From Novakomyces olei (lineage: Eukaryota): a DNA stretch of 64,000 nucleotides. A program made the position numbers and the translations under genes. The notes beneath the pieces were generated by a model, which was given only the letters and a program-made list of their open reading frames with translations, was not told the DNA's origin and made no database searches. The stretch is taken from the NCBI GenBank assembly GCA_016906335.1, contig JADEYG010000009.1:1116001-1180000 (forward strand). Direction: 5' to 3'. Shown in pieces: positions 29,245-40,300 of this stretch; positions within the stretch are counted from its first letter, which is position 1; each line of letters begins with the position of its first letter.

Positions 29245-30370
29245 AGTCTCTGCGCCAAGTCCACGATGCGTTTTGTCTTATGGCCGTTTTTGAAAACATA
29301 TTGCAAGATGTATTGTAGATCCTGAATGAATTAGTCGTGTATAGTGAGGATTTGAATCATATCAATATCCTGTTTTATTGTTTAATCAAGTTTTTCTTTG
29401 CCGGTGTCCACTTATTGTATACGCAACACAGTTTGTTTGCTCGAGATAAAAGTCCGTAGACAGGTTTTCCGCCATGAGTGGCATCTACTGTTTATCATTG
29501 GCGTGGCGGCTTTAACGATATATAACCAGCGAAACGAGGCTCTGCTCTTGCAAGCACAATTGTACGGATTGATTAGTGCATGAGCACTTGCTCTTTAGGG
29601 ATTAGAGAGCTGTGTGTACAAGTAACGCTACACGCTGTCGCTGGTCTTGAATATCAAACGCCCATCTGAGTTACGTACTAAATGCGGAAAATTCTTACTA
29701 TTAGGAAATATGTCGCGAGGAATTGATCCCTGAATATAATAATGACAGTTCTATTGTCGTTGATTAACACAAAAACGGGTGCAGCTGAACGTACAATCAG
29801 TTTGATAACAATTCTTTAGCCTCAAATTCGGATTTGTGTAATCTATCCAAATTTTTGTAATCTATCCAGATTGTGTAAACTATCCAGATTTGTGTAATTT
29901 GTCCCAGTTTTTGTATCTTGCAATCCCCACTATCGGTGTACCATTTTTGCTTTTTATACGATAGTTGAACCTCGTTGCTTTATACGATAGTGTGCCAGTA
30001 TGAATTTTATTCAAGTAAGACAAGCGTGACAAATCAAGCATGAAAGACTCATACGAAAATCCTCCCGATTGGGAATAGGGGCGCCTCCCTGTTGTTTTAT
30101 TATTTCACCCGCAATCAGTCGCAGGTTCGCGTATACAAACAAATTCGTCCAATTTGTTGAAAAGAGCCAAATTTCGTATAAGTCGTGGCACCTATATATA
30201 TGAGCGTGGCCGAGCATGGAGCAGCATCAGTCGGCCGCAAGCTGTTTTTCAAAGTTGGGGTTCGATATTGGAGGCAGGTGTATTTTGATGTACGCTTGTC
30301 AGACACTTTGGAACTTTTAAAGACCAGACACAGAGGAGAAAAGAAGAAATAAAGAAATAAGCAAAGAGCC

Positions 30371-31228
30371 ATGCTTCACAACACCGGTATAGCGTCAGCA
30401 GTCTATATTGTCTTGTATTTTTTTGCTTGGGCATTCACATCATGGCTGCTAGTCACGCGCCGCGAGAAATGGCTTTCACGATTTCTGTATATTTGGATAC
30501 ACACATTTTTGCGTCTCGGAGCACAGGTTTGTGGTATTGGCACCGACCTGTCGCACTACGATCCAGGCTGGCTAATTGCGTACTATGTACTCCAGGCAGA
30601 GGGCTATCTGTCCCTTGTATTGTGCTGCCTTCGTTTCTTGGTGCATGTGCAAAACGAACTGAACGGTGATTCGTGGATCGAGCCTCGCAGGACTGATGGC
30701 GAATCAAGGAAATCTTATCTGAAGCGTGGGACGTTTACCCCAATGTTCTTTTTGCACTATGTCCTAATCGCCGCTAATGTCATTATCGTAATTGGAGCCG
30801 CTAACTCTGTCAATGAAACAGACCCAAGCGACATTCGCCGGGACACGAATCTGCGACTTGCAGGGAATTGTATTCTAATCGCCACTACACTTCTCGTCGG
30901 CCTGGCTTGTCTCCACACGTATTTTACTTCACCAATGTCTCGAAGCCATCAGCGGCTACATGTAAGTTTAGTTGCAGCTACTATTTCGCCGTTGCTTGTG
31001 CGAGGTGTGTATGGTGTGCTAGTGCTGGAAGCAAGTGGTTTTTCCCTTGTGAACCCCGATAACTACAATGACAATGGCTTGAAGACTGGGACAGTTGTCG
31101 CGGAGTACGTGATGGGCAATACCATGGAGTATCTTGCCTGCTGCATTCTACTGGCCTCGTGGTTTTTCCCAGTTTCTCACGGCACAAGCACGACAAATGT
31201 CGCTGTCAGTGTTGAAAAGATGGGGTGA
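30371..31228 (+). CDS. multi-pass (about 7 TM) membrane protein of unknown function
   Basis: 285-aa ORF with about 7 hydrophobic segments and an LLVRGVYG motif typical of fungal integral membrane proteins. Confidence 0.75.
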   Translation: MLHNTGIASAVYIVLYFFAWAFTSWLLVTRREKWLSRFLYIWIHTFLRLGAQVCGIGTDLSHYDPGWLIAYYVLQAEGYLSLVLCCLRFLVHVQNELNGDSWIEPRRTDGESRKSYLKRGTFTPMFFLHYVLIAANVIIVIGAANSVNETDPSDIRRDTNLRLAGNCILIATTLLVGLACLHTYFTSPMSRSHQRLHVSLVAATISPLLVRGVYGVLVLEASGFSLVNPDNYNDNGLKTGTVVAEYVMGNTMEYLACCILLASWFFPVSHGTSTTNVAVSVEKMG

Positions 31229-31411
31229 ATTGATGAGTTTTTACGCCAGCGTGATTGCTGTTTATACACGTTTATCCTATACATACAACGTTTTGATATG
31301 AATTAATTGAAATTTATTTGAACAAACATTTTTGTGGCAAAGATTCTATACCCAATCCGCCATCGCACCTTTTACCCAGACACCATATGTATATAGGAAA
31401 CGCAAACCCTT

Positions 31412-32365
31412 TCAAGCAAAATGAACTCCGACCTTGTTGAAAGCATACAAAAGACGCAAAAAGTCTGCCTCGGGCATCTTTTGCGCACGACTTTCTCCCA
31501 ATGCGTTTTCCTCAAGGACTTGAGATACGAGTTGCCGTATTCCCGCCTCATCGTAGTCGCACATTGTCTGATTCTGCGAACACCAAGTTTGATAATTAGC
31601 ATAAATCAGTCCAAGGACTGAAGACTGTTTGAAACAAGCATTCAGAGTTTTGTTCTTCCGTAGAAAGCATATACGTAATAAGCCGTCCCATTCGGCGGCG
31701 CTGATAGGCGGAGGCGGTGATTTAGGCTCAATCCGCACTACTGAAGATTCAACTTGCGGCGGCGGCCGAAAGTTGTTCCGTGAGACTTTCATTACATGCT
31801 TAATCTTTGCAAACATTTGTGCATTAACGCTTAAGCGGCAGTATAAGGCGTCGCCTGGCTGCGCTACGAGCCGCATTGCAAATTCACGCTGAAACATGAG
31901 AACACAGCACCGCGGAGCCGGTCGTTGAGCCAGCAGCTTGAAAACCAGTGGAGACGAAATTTGGTAGGGCGTATTCGATATGCATACGTCGAAAGGCGGT
32001 AGTTCTGTCTTTATTACATCGCCCACAATGACCTGCAATCGTTTTTGTTCTGGTTTTCCCTGCACACGTTTCGTGATTTCTGCAGCCATTCGTGGATCCG
32101 CTTCTACTGCAATAACTTGACGCGCTTTCTCCAAAATTCGAACTGTCAAGTTGCCGGTTCCCGGACCCACTTCGAGTACAGTCTCACTGCCTTTTACATC
32201 GGCCTTATCAACGATACCTTGAGCGACAAGAGGATTCTTCAAAATGTGCTGACCAAAATCTTTATTGAATTTGAAATTCAAAGTGCGACCCACTGCTTCT
32301 TCCGCCGCTGATCGCTCGCCTGTATGTCTGCCTTCTTTCCGCCGTTCCTTGACGAATTTGCCCAT
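31412..32365 (-). CDS. DIM1: 18S rRNA dimethyladenosine transferase
   Basis: [30 protein letters not shown] and [16 protein letters not shown] motifs. Confidence 0.97.
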   Translation of the reverse strand: MGKFVKERRKEGRHTGERSAAEEAVGRTLNFKFNKDFGQHILKNPLVAQGIVDKADVKGSETVLEVGPGTGNLTVRILEKARQVIAVEADPRMAAEITKRVQGKPEQKRLQVIVGDVIKTELPPFDVCISNTPYQISSPLVFKLLAQRPAPRCCVLMFQREFAMRLVAQPGDALYCRLSVNAQMFAKIKHVMKVSRNNFRPPPQVESSVVRIEPKSPPPPISAAEWDGLLRICFLRKNKTLNACFKQSSVLGLIYANYQTWCSQNQTMCDYDEAGIRQLVSQVLEENALGESRAQKMPEADFLRLLYAFNKVGVHFA

Positions 32366-33103
32366 CTTGATCTCTGGATTATTATTAATTTTTTTTCCCC
32401 CTTTTTTCTGAATCTGTATCTACGTGATTTTTTCTTTACTTGGGCTCCATGCGAGATTGGCGACTTAAGTTCACTTTAACTGTGTTGTCCCCAGTGCAAA
32501 AATTGTATGTAAATTATATTTTTAGTGTTTATATCTCTTTGTACCAAACAATCCCATAATACGACCATTCTTATCTTATTTGATAAGATTACTAGGGTGT
32601 TATTTTAAGCAATTTAATGCTTTGTTGTTGTTGTTGGAAATAATCTAAATAATACTGAGGATTGATTGATCTACGTTTAGTGATTTAGATAGGACACCCA
32701 GATTCAGATTTAGGTGGCATTCAAGCTGACTTACTGAATAATAAAACTCAACCTTGCAACAGTTTTTAATCTATAGTTTGGGATTATGCTATTTGATCTG
32801 AATCATAAATTGCACATATTAAATTAGTCCAACAAACCTGTCTCCGACTCGAGTCAGAGCTGAGGATGGCGATATAGTTTTTGAATTAAAATAAAACATT
32901 TTTGGTGCGCAAACCCGTATCATGCTGCCATTCACAGCATGACAATTCAATGCAGTAGTAGCAAAAGAACAAAGGAAGGACACCAAATAATATTATTATT
33001 GTGAATATGTATAATGTGTATGAAACACAGACCTAGGTCTAATGCAAAATTAAAAACCAAAATAAAACAATCGGATAAAACCAAATAAATACACCCTAGC
33101 TGA

Positions 33104-33931
33104 TTATACAACGGCAGCACTTGCCGGAGGCTCGTCCGCTTCTACCTCACGTCGAAAACGTGCCTCAGAGGCAACACTACCATCGCGAACATACATCTTT
33201 TCGCCAGTGCCACTGTCGACTTCAACAAAGGCTTGAGTCTTTATACTCGGCCGTAGATCAAAAACTAGTGTCCATAGATAAAAGTCGAACAAGAAAGCAA
33301 TTATCCATTCAAAAACGGCTGCCACACTACCCCGATCGCGATTATAGAGCACGCCAAATACAATAGCCAGTGCAACCGCCAGCGATACAATGACAATTTT
33401 CACAATATACGAGTACCGTAAAAGGCGAGAAGCCGGATGGTTCTCCCGGAGCCAACCGAACTCTGCCGTTGTAAAAATAGCACTCAGCGCAATGCATACA
33501 ATAAATCCAATAGTAAACCGCCAATGTTGAGAAGAATGGTTAAAGGCATCGCGAACGGAGAGGCCGATAAGACTGGCACCGCCACCGGCTGCACAGAGAA
33601 TGGCCATAAAAGACATCCACCGTTCGCGTCGCCTCAAGTCCGGTCGCAAACGTGCCGTGTGTCGCAGATATCTCTCAGCTGTAAGCGCGGCCACAAAGAA
33701 AACCGCGGTTACTACAGAGCAGCCAACAAAAGCATGCTTATAATGAGCGCCAACGTCAGAGATGTACTGGATAGCCGGCGAAGAATCACTGTATCGCGGA
33801 GTGCCATCTCGGCCCCACATACCGAGCATGGCCAGGAGAATTGCCAGCCAAACACATGCGGATATAAGCGGCAACCAGCCATAAGCCAGAAAGCGATGCC
33901 GGTACGGAAGCTTCAGTATCTGGTTGCGCAT
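33104..33931 (-). CDS. SFK1: Frag1/DRAM/Sfk1 family membrane protein
   Basis: YISDVGA, ERYLRH and AAVFEW..F..YLWT...DL motifs; six TMs. Confidence 0.8.
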   Translation of the reverse strand: MRNQILKLPYRHRFLAYGWLPLISACVWLAILLAMLGMWGRDGTPRYSDSSPAIQYISDVGAHYKHAFVGCSVVTAVFFVAALTAERYLRHTARLRPDLRRRERWMSFMAILCAAGGGASLIGLSVRDAFNHSSQHWRFTIGFIVCIALSAIFTTAEFGWLRENHPASRLLRYSYIVKIVIVSLAVALAIVFGVLYNRDRGSVAAVFEWIIAFLFDFYLWTLVFDLRPSIKTQAFVEVDSGTGEKMYVRDGSVASEARFRREVEADEPPASAAVV

Positions 33932-35699
33932 AACCGCTCGACAACGCTTTTGCCAAACCAAATAGTTTGAACAATACAGGAAATAAAGGCACAGGGACTA
34001 AACAATTTGTGCAAAGAATGAACGATTGGAGTCGCCCTTAAAAGTTCAATCCTCAAACTTGCACGTGCCAAAACCAGTGAGACGATGCTAAGAAACGAAA
34101 GAAGAAAGGCTTTGCTTCCAGTGCAGAGGGCAATTCCTCTACCTGTTCTCCCTTTAATTAGGCTTCGGCGTCTACGAAACTTTTTTATTTACTGCTTGAT
34201 CTGTTTTGATTATATTTCCGTTTAAGGCACACGCGAATGATGTCATGTCGGACGAAGCTTGGCGATAGATGTGTGGAAATCTAGTCTATCGTTGAGACAT
34301 GTAAACAGAGTCGGCAACGACGCCAAATAGTACTGTGCGGCAAAGCCATAGAGGTATGGTCTTATGCCTTATTGTCTATATCAAATTCCTCTGTGCTATG
34401 TAACGTTTCGGGCTTTAGTCGCCTCGGTCAGTTGATTGCTAATTGATGTATATCGCTCATACAACTCGGGTATGATTTGTCAGCCATATAGTACGCTTAT
34501 ATCCCACAGGTCGTACGAGTCGAATCAATGTAAACTAAATGTAAATTTGGGTGCTGCTAGTCCATAGAGACTAGCGCAACGAAGCAGGTTTCAGGGTGAA
34601 CCATGTAGGAGTCAGTGAGAAAAACGGCTAATTCTTCCTGCAGGGTTGGGCCTTGCTGTGGCGTTTCATGTAGACTATTTGCAAATATTACGGGAATTGT
34701 ATTTTTAGTATTTAATCTGGAGAACAATATGACAATCTGCCCTTGGATTAGAGTACGCAGGAGTCATGGTAGACGCAAGACTCCGTCGCTTAAACCATAT
34801 TATTATTGACCACTATACCCTCTCCGCATCCTCGAAAATGTACCTGATTGGCCGTTTGTAAGCCCGTTTACATTAACCCTGATTTGGGTTGAGGAAAATA
34901 ATCCCCTTTTGAATCATGCAAACACATTACAACTAGACTTACAAGAACCGTCAGACTGGCAATTCAAAAATGACACTGCTTACATTTGGGCCGGCGGGCT
35001 GGCTTGCCGGCTTGAACCTAGTCGCCGTCGCCTTTCCCCCAATCGCGAGACAGAAAAAGCTGGCTCAGTCAGTTTGCTGTTTATTTACTATAGCCACGGG
35101 GCCCGTGGCACAATATCTTGTCTTTGATAGCGAGTCAATATTACGTAACTATAAGAGATAAAATACAACGTGGTACACTCGTCACTAGACGTACGGAAAA
35201 TGAATTGCGTAAAAAGTATGATACAATAATCCGTAATAATCGAGCAGTGGAAAACGTATATAAATTATTTGGAGCTGGCTTGATTTGCGGTGTAGCAGTT
35301 GGGATGGCGGCTGTCCATTGTAGTTGGATATGATAAACTAGGGCGGATAATATCACACAGGCAGACGCTGTTTGACCAAGGCTCCGGAGGCTCTTTCCCA
35401 CGAGCAAAATTTTATTCAGGAGAAGTGTATGCCGTATCAGTTTCAACAGTTCCTATTTGCAGAATAGCACTCTCAACTTTGCAGCAGGTGGACAATCATA
35501 CCCTCGGGCTCGATAGACTCCTTTCGCACCATTACAAGAATTGGTTTGGCTCTTAGATTGTCTCTGGCACCAGAAAATTGCGAGAGTCACGGCTTTTGCC
35601 CTATTGCACCTTATCATCCGGCATTAAGCAAACAGCGCGCTAACTTGAGCAAAGCAAATCAAGAAACAATCGGGTCCGACAGCTGCAAACTCTCGCGGT

Positions 35700-38600
35700 A
35701 TGGCAAACGCGGGGAGCAAAACTATCGTAGCCTCTCTTTTTCTTCCTTACACTGTCAGTTTCGATGTTGAGCCAACCGCAGAATCAGATTCTGGCGGATA
35801 CTTTTGCACAGTCCCGCGGGAGAACGTGGACGAATTGGACTACGAGTTTAATGACGAGGCTCTTATCCCTTCGAATGCTCCAACTCCGCCTGGAGGCACT
35901 GTTCATGTACCAACGCCTCCGCAAGATGAGCAGCATCGACCCAGTTTGTTCCGTAATAATTCGACAGTCCTTGAATCAGCAGCTCCGTCTGGGCTAGCCA
36001 CTCCGCAGTCCAGCGGCGCAAACGGCCTTAGCTCTGATGATTTAGTTAAAGGCTCTGCCGCTGCTAATGCCTACCACGATGATATCCGAAGGTCTCTTCA
36101 GTCGACTTTTGATCACCAGGCAGCAGCTTCTCAGGCAGAAGCGAAGCTTGGGCGGCCCTTGTTGCCAGGGCAACGAACACCGTCTGCCTCCCGCAGTCAG
36201 TGGCCATTTGCTACTCCAGGCAGTGGTATGACCGCCGCTAATGGTGAATCTTCAGGAGCTGCTACTGCATCTCTCCGAGGCTCTCGCACTGGGCTTTCAG
36301 ACTCGGGCATAATCACACCGTCCGTCACATCTAGTGGCGGAGTAGGATCAGGCCCAGCAGGATCGACGCCAAACACTAGACGGTCTTATCGTCAACCGCC
36401 CTCTCGAGTGGCCTCACCGCCTCCTGCACCAGTCGTGGATCCAAGAAAGAATAGTAAAATGATGGAAAGACCAATGCTTAGTTCTTTTAAGCCTCCTTCA
36501 ACACCCAAAGTACAGGGAATGTCGGGTCGGAGGTTGGCAGATGATTCCGAGCCTACCGGAAGGATGTTTGCCGGATCGAAAGGCAGTGGTACCTCTACAC
36601 GCTCATCAAGCGCATCTCGATCTGATAAAGTTGCGGAATCTGATAAAGCAGTTGAACACGACAAGGGATCTGATAACAACAACATATTAGAACATTCAAC
36701 AGATACAAATAAATCTTCATCAAACTCGGATTTGAGCCGTGCTGCGGAGACGGCCGAGTTCAAGAACGAGTCTAAACGTTCCCACAATCGTCAACAGCAG
36801 CTTAGGCAGCCTTCACTCTACGGCTCTGGGCATCTTACTTCCTCAACTGCCACTGCTCATATCAATAGTAGTAGCAACAGCGGTGGAGGCGATGGCCCTG
36901 CCGGGTCAGTCTTTGATTCTGCTCCATGGACAGTAGAGCAGTCACGCCTTGGCAATGGCGGGCTGAGAAACGCTGTTAATACACTGCCTCCAGACTCAAA
37001 AGAATTTGGCTCTGGCCGTCTGTGGCTCGGGACTCTGGGCATGCCTGGCGATCTACTGGCAACACAAACTCGGGATAAGATAGGCCGACGGTTGCGGGAC
37101 GATTATAACAGTGTAGTCGTTTGGCCTTCAGACGAAACCTTTGACGGAGCTTACAATCATTACTGCAAGCAGATCTTATGGCCAACACTGCACTACCAGA
37201 TACCAGACAATCCAAAGAGCAAAGCTTACGAGGACCATTCATGGGGTCAGTTTGTAGCCCTTAATCGAGCGTTTGCAGATGCAATTGTTCAGCATTATAA
37301 CAGAGGCGATATTGTATGGGTAAATGACTACCATCTCTTTCTCGTTCCCCAGATGGTACGGGAAGCAATACCTGCGGCCATTATCGGGTTCTTTCTCCAT
37401 GTTGCCTTCCCTTCTTCCGAAGTTTTCCGATGTATTGCTATGCGACACGAGCTGCTTGTCGGTGTACTGGGCAGTACAGTGGTGGGGTTCCAGACTGTCG
37501 AGTACCAGAGGCACTTTGCTCAAACGTGCTCAAGGATTCTGCTAGTGGAAGCAGAGCTGACCAAAGTAGAGATTGGTAATCGCACAGTGGCCACTGCTAC
37601 AATGCCCATCGGTATCGATCTCGAAGCGCTAGACCGCCGGCTGCATTCAAATGATGTTAAGCAATGGACTGAAGCACTGAGAGAGCGGTACCAGAATAAA
37701 AAGCTGCTGATTTCAAGGGACAAGCTTGATCCAATCAAGGGAGTAAGGCAAAAGCTGCTCGCCTACGAGCAATTTTTGTTCCGGTATCCAGAATTCCGGG
37801 GCCTTACAGTCCTTTTGCAGGTAGCATTGAGTACGACAGAGCAGCCTGAGCTTTTAGCACAAATCTCAGAGATTGTTACACGCATTAATTCGTACTTTGG
37901 CGACGTTGCCACACAGTACTCGCCTGTGGTTTTCTTGCGACAGGATATAACCTTTGCCCAGTACCTGGGCCTGCTGACAATTGCGGATCTGCTGATTGTA
38001 TCGAGTCTGCGTGAGGGTATGAACCTGACTTCGCACGAGTACATCTGCTGCCAGCGGGAAAAGAAATCGCCATTGATTCTCTCCGAGTTTGTGGGCTCGG
38101 CCAGTCTTTTTGGCAACAATGTCCTGCTCATCAATCCCTGGGCTTTCATCCAGACGGCCGACAGTATCTTTGAGGCATTGACAATGAGCGCAAGTGAGCG
38201 GGAGAGGCGCTACACGAATAATATGAAGAGCATTACACAGAACGATGCTCGGCACTGGATTGTCAGTTTTCTCCACAAAGTCAAGCACGAGTATATTGAA
38301 CAGCTGCGACGCAAGTCTTACAATGTACCACGCCTGCAGGTATCAGTCTACGCAGAAAGGTACGCTAGTGCAAAGAAAAGGCTCTTTTTTATAGACTACG
38401 AGGGCACACTAGTGCACTGGGGCCCTCTGGGCAATATCGTAGTGGGCACGGCTCAGAGGCCAGCGCATATACTATTCGATTTAACTTCGGATCCTCGAAA
38501 TTTAGTGTATGTAACGAGCTCACTAACAATGGACGAACTGGAACGTGTGTTCCGTCGAATTCCCGGCGTTGGTTTAATCGCAGAGAACGGATCGTTTGTT

Positions 38601-39290
38601 CGGCAGGCTTGTCCTGCGGATGCGCAGAGCTACAGGCAGAGTAGCAATCAGCCTACTCGTGCAAACAAGTGGATAAGGTTGCTGAGTGAGAAGGACTGCA
38701 GTTGGCTGGACTCTATTAAGGAATCAATGAGGTTCTATGCCGAACGGACGCCTGGAACGTACGTCGAACCGAAGCGGACACGGCTCGTTTGGCACTATGA
38801 AAATGCGGAAGATCCGTCTTATGCAAATTGGCAGGCGGCCGAGTTGCGTAATCACGTGAACGATTCCTTTTCCAAGATGAATTGCCACTGTGCTGCTATA
38901 AACAATGCAGTTGTTGCTGAGCCGTCGGACCACGACAAATCGTCGGCGGCAGAGTATGTCTGGTCATTGCACGACGCGTCATCAAATGCAACACAAAAGC
39001 CGTGTGCTGCCAACAGCAGCGAAGCTCTGTGTGATAAGCTGCCTCAAGTAAGACCGGATTTTGTAGTGGCAATTGGTGACGAAAGGGATGATGAATCGCT
39101 GTTCCGGTGGGTAAATGACTTGGGCGTTGCTAAAAAGTGCTCTGCTCTGACGGTTCACGTCGGCGCCAAAACCACCGACGCTAAATCCTACGTCAATGGC
39201 GTTGTTGGTGTCCTTTCGCTGTTGCAGACTTTTAGTGATTGGTCGGCCAAGTCTCTGACATCTCCAAGCAAACCAACGGAGCAGGAGTAA
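35700..39290 (+). CDS. TSL1: trehalose synthase complex regulatory subunit (GT20 + degenerate trehalose-phosphate phosphatase domain)
   Basis: N-terminal VASLFLPY motif typical of Tsl1/Tps3, long disordered region, LWPTLHY, WVNDYHL, EGMNL; HAD motif reads DYEGT instead of DYDGT. Confidence 0.85.
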   Translation: MANAGSKTIVASLFLPYTVSFDVEPTAESDSGGYFCTVPRENVDELDYEFNDEALIPSNAPTPPGGTVHVPTPPQDEQHRPSLFRNNSTVLESAAPSGLATPQSSGANGLSSDDLVKGSAAANAYHDDIRRSLQSTFDHQAAASQAEAKLGRPLLPGQRTPSASRSQWPFATPGSGMTAANGESSGAATASLRGSRTGLSDSGIITPSVTSSGGVGSGPAGSTPNTRRSYRQPPSRVASPPPAPVVDPRKNSKMMERPMLSSFKPPSTPKVQGMSGRRLADDSEPTGRMFAGSKGSGTSTRSSSASRSDKVAESDKAVEHDKGSDNNNILEHSTDTNKSSSNSDLSRAAETAEFKNESKRSHNRQQQLRQPSLYGSGHLTSSTATAHINSSSNSGGGDGPAGSVFDSAPWTVEQSRLGNGGLRNAVNTLPPDSKEFGSGRLWLGTLGMPGDLLATQTRDKIGRRLRDDYNSVVVWPSDETFDGAYNHYCKQILWPTLHYQIPDNPKSKAYEDHSWGQFVALNRAFADAIVQHYNRGDIVWVNDYHLFLVPQMVREAIPAAIIGFFLHVAFPSSEVFRCIAMRHELLVGVLGSTVVGFQTVEYQRHFAQTCSRILLVEAELTKVEIGNRTVATATMPIGIDLEALDRRLHSNDVKQWTEALRERYQNKKLLISRDKLDPIKGVRQKLLAYEQFLFRYPEFRGLTVLLQVALSTTEQPELLAQISEIVTRINSYFGDVATQYSPVVFLRQDITFAQYLGLLTIADLLIVSSLREGMNLTSHEYICCQREKKSPLILSEFVGSASLFGNNVLLINPWAFIQTADSIFEALTMSASERERRYTNNMKSITQNDARHWIVSFLHKVKHEYIEQLRRKSYNVPRLQVSVYAERYASAKKRLFFIDYEGTLVHWGPLGNIVVGTAQRPAHILFDLTSDPRNLVYVTSSLTMDELERVFRRIPGVGLIAENGSFVRQACPADAQSYRQSSNQPTRANKWIRLLSEKDCSWLDSIKESMRFYAERTPGTYVEPKRTRLVWHYENAEDPSYANWQAAELRNHVNDSFSKMNCHCAAINNAVVAEPSDHDKSSAAEYVWSLHDASSNATQKPCAANSSEALCDKLPQVRPDFVVAIGDERDDESLFRWVNDLGVAKKCSALTVHVGAKTTDAKSYVNGVVGVLSLLQTFSDWSAKSLTSPSKPTEQE

Positions 39291-39598
39291 CCCTAACCCT
39301 ATTGTCCAGGACAATTTATTCCAGTATGTAGCTTTCGGCTAGATTAATTAATTTGTGGGCTCTTTTAGTTTGATTGCCATCTCCTTTTACGTACTATATC
39401 CAGTCTAATTCATCGCGTCTCGGTCGCGGGACTGGACGCTAAACTATACTAATCCAGGCATGCAACCTTTCTATTCTACGTAAAATGCATGGTTCACGTA
39501 CATTGTGAATGAGCCGTGGAGGCCACCGCGACTGGCGCTCTAGACGCGTAATAATGGCAAAGCATTTGTCCAGCCCGCGATAGCGTTTAGCGCGGAAT

Positions 39599-39666
39599 AG
39601 CAATTAATTAGCAATTAATTAGCAATTAATTAGCAATTAATTAGCAATTAATTAGGAATTAATTAG
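39599..39666. repeat. 11-bp tandem repeat AGCAATTAATT, about 6 copies
   Basis: Directly visible. Confidence 0.9.
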
Positions 39667-40300
39667 TTTTACAACAAATGTTTGTCCACTATACATCTCT
39701 TCCATCATAATCAAGATGAAATTAATCTAGTGCCAAAGTAACGGGAAATATACCACCAAGTTTTACGCATACGATAAAAGTTGGGCTGTATAGGCGAATA
39801 ATTTACTCGTGTGAAGTAACTGCTACTGCCAGCGCCAGACGAACCATGTCATAGCCTTGACCATTGCCTTTGGTGCCGGACGGCAATATCTTGAACTATT
39901 TGGTGATTTGAGCTATCTCGTATTCTTCCAGCAGCATTGAAACACGGTTGCCCGTTGTATGTACTCGCGACCGTATCTTTCCGCTCTCCGCTGGCCGCGA
40001 CTGTTCTGTCTCGGGATCTAGTCCTAGAGATTTAAATTTTGTCCCACAACATCATCGGGGAAGGCAGCGTCTTGGGACGAGCAAGGTCAAGGCCTACTGG
40101 CGAAATCTGCTTTGCTCTATAAGGCTACCGCAACACACCTTGGCTTGATTTGGGCTTTTGTACGATTTAGTTGATTTGTTTTAGTTTTTATTATCAACGG
40201 CGACTTTACAAACGGAATCCGTCGGAGACAAACTGGTTGAGTATAATATTCGTGTCAAACTCAGCCGACACTCGGGCAGAGCCACAGTTCTATTACCGGA

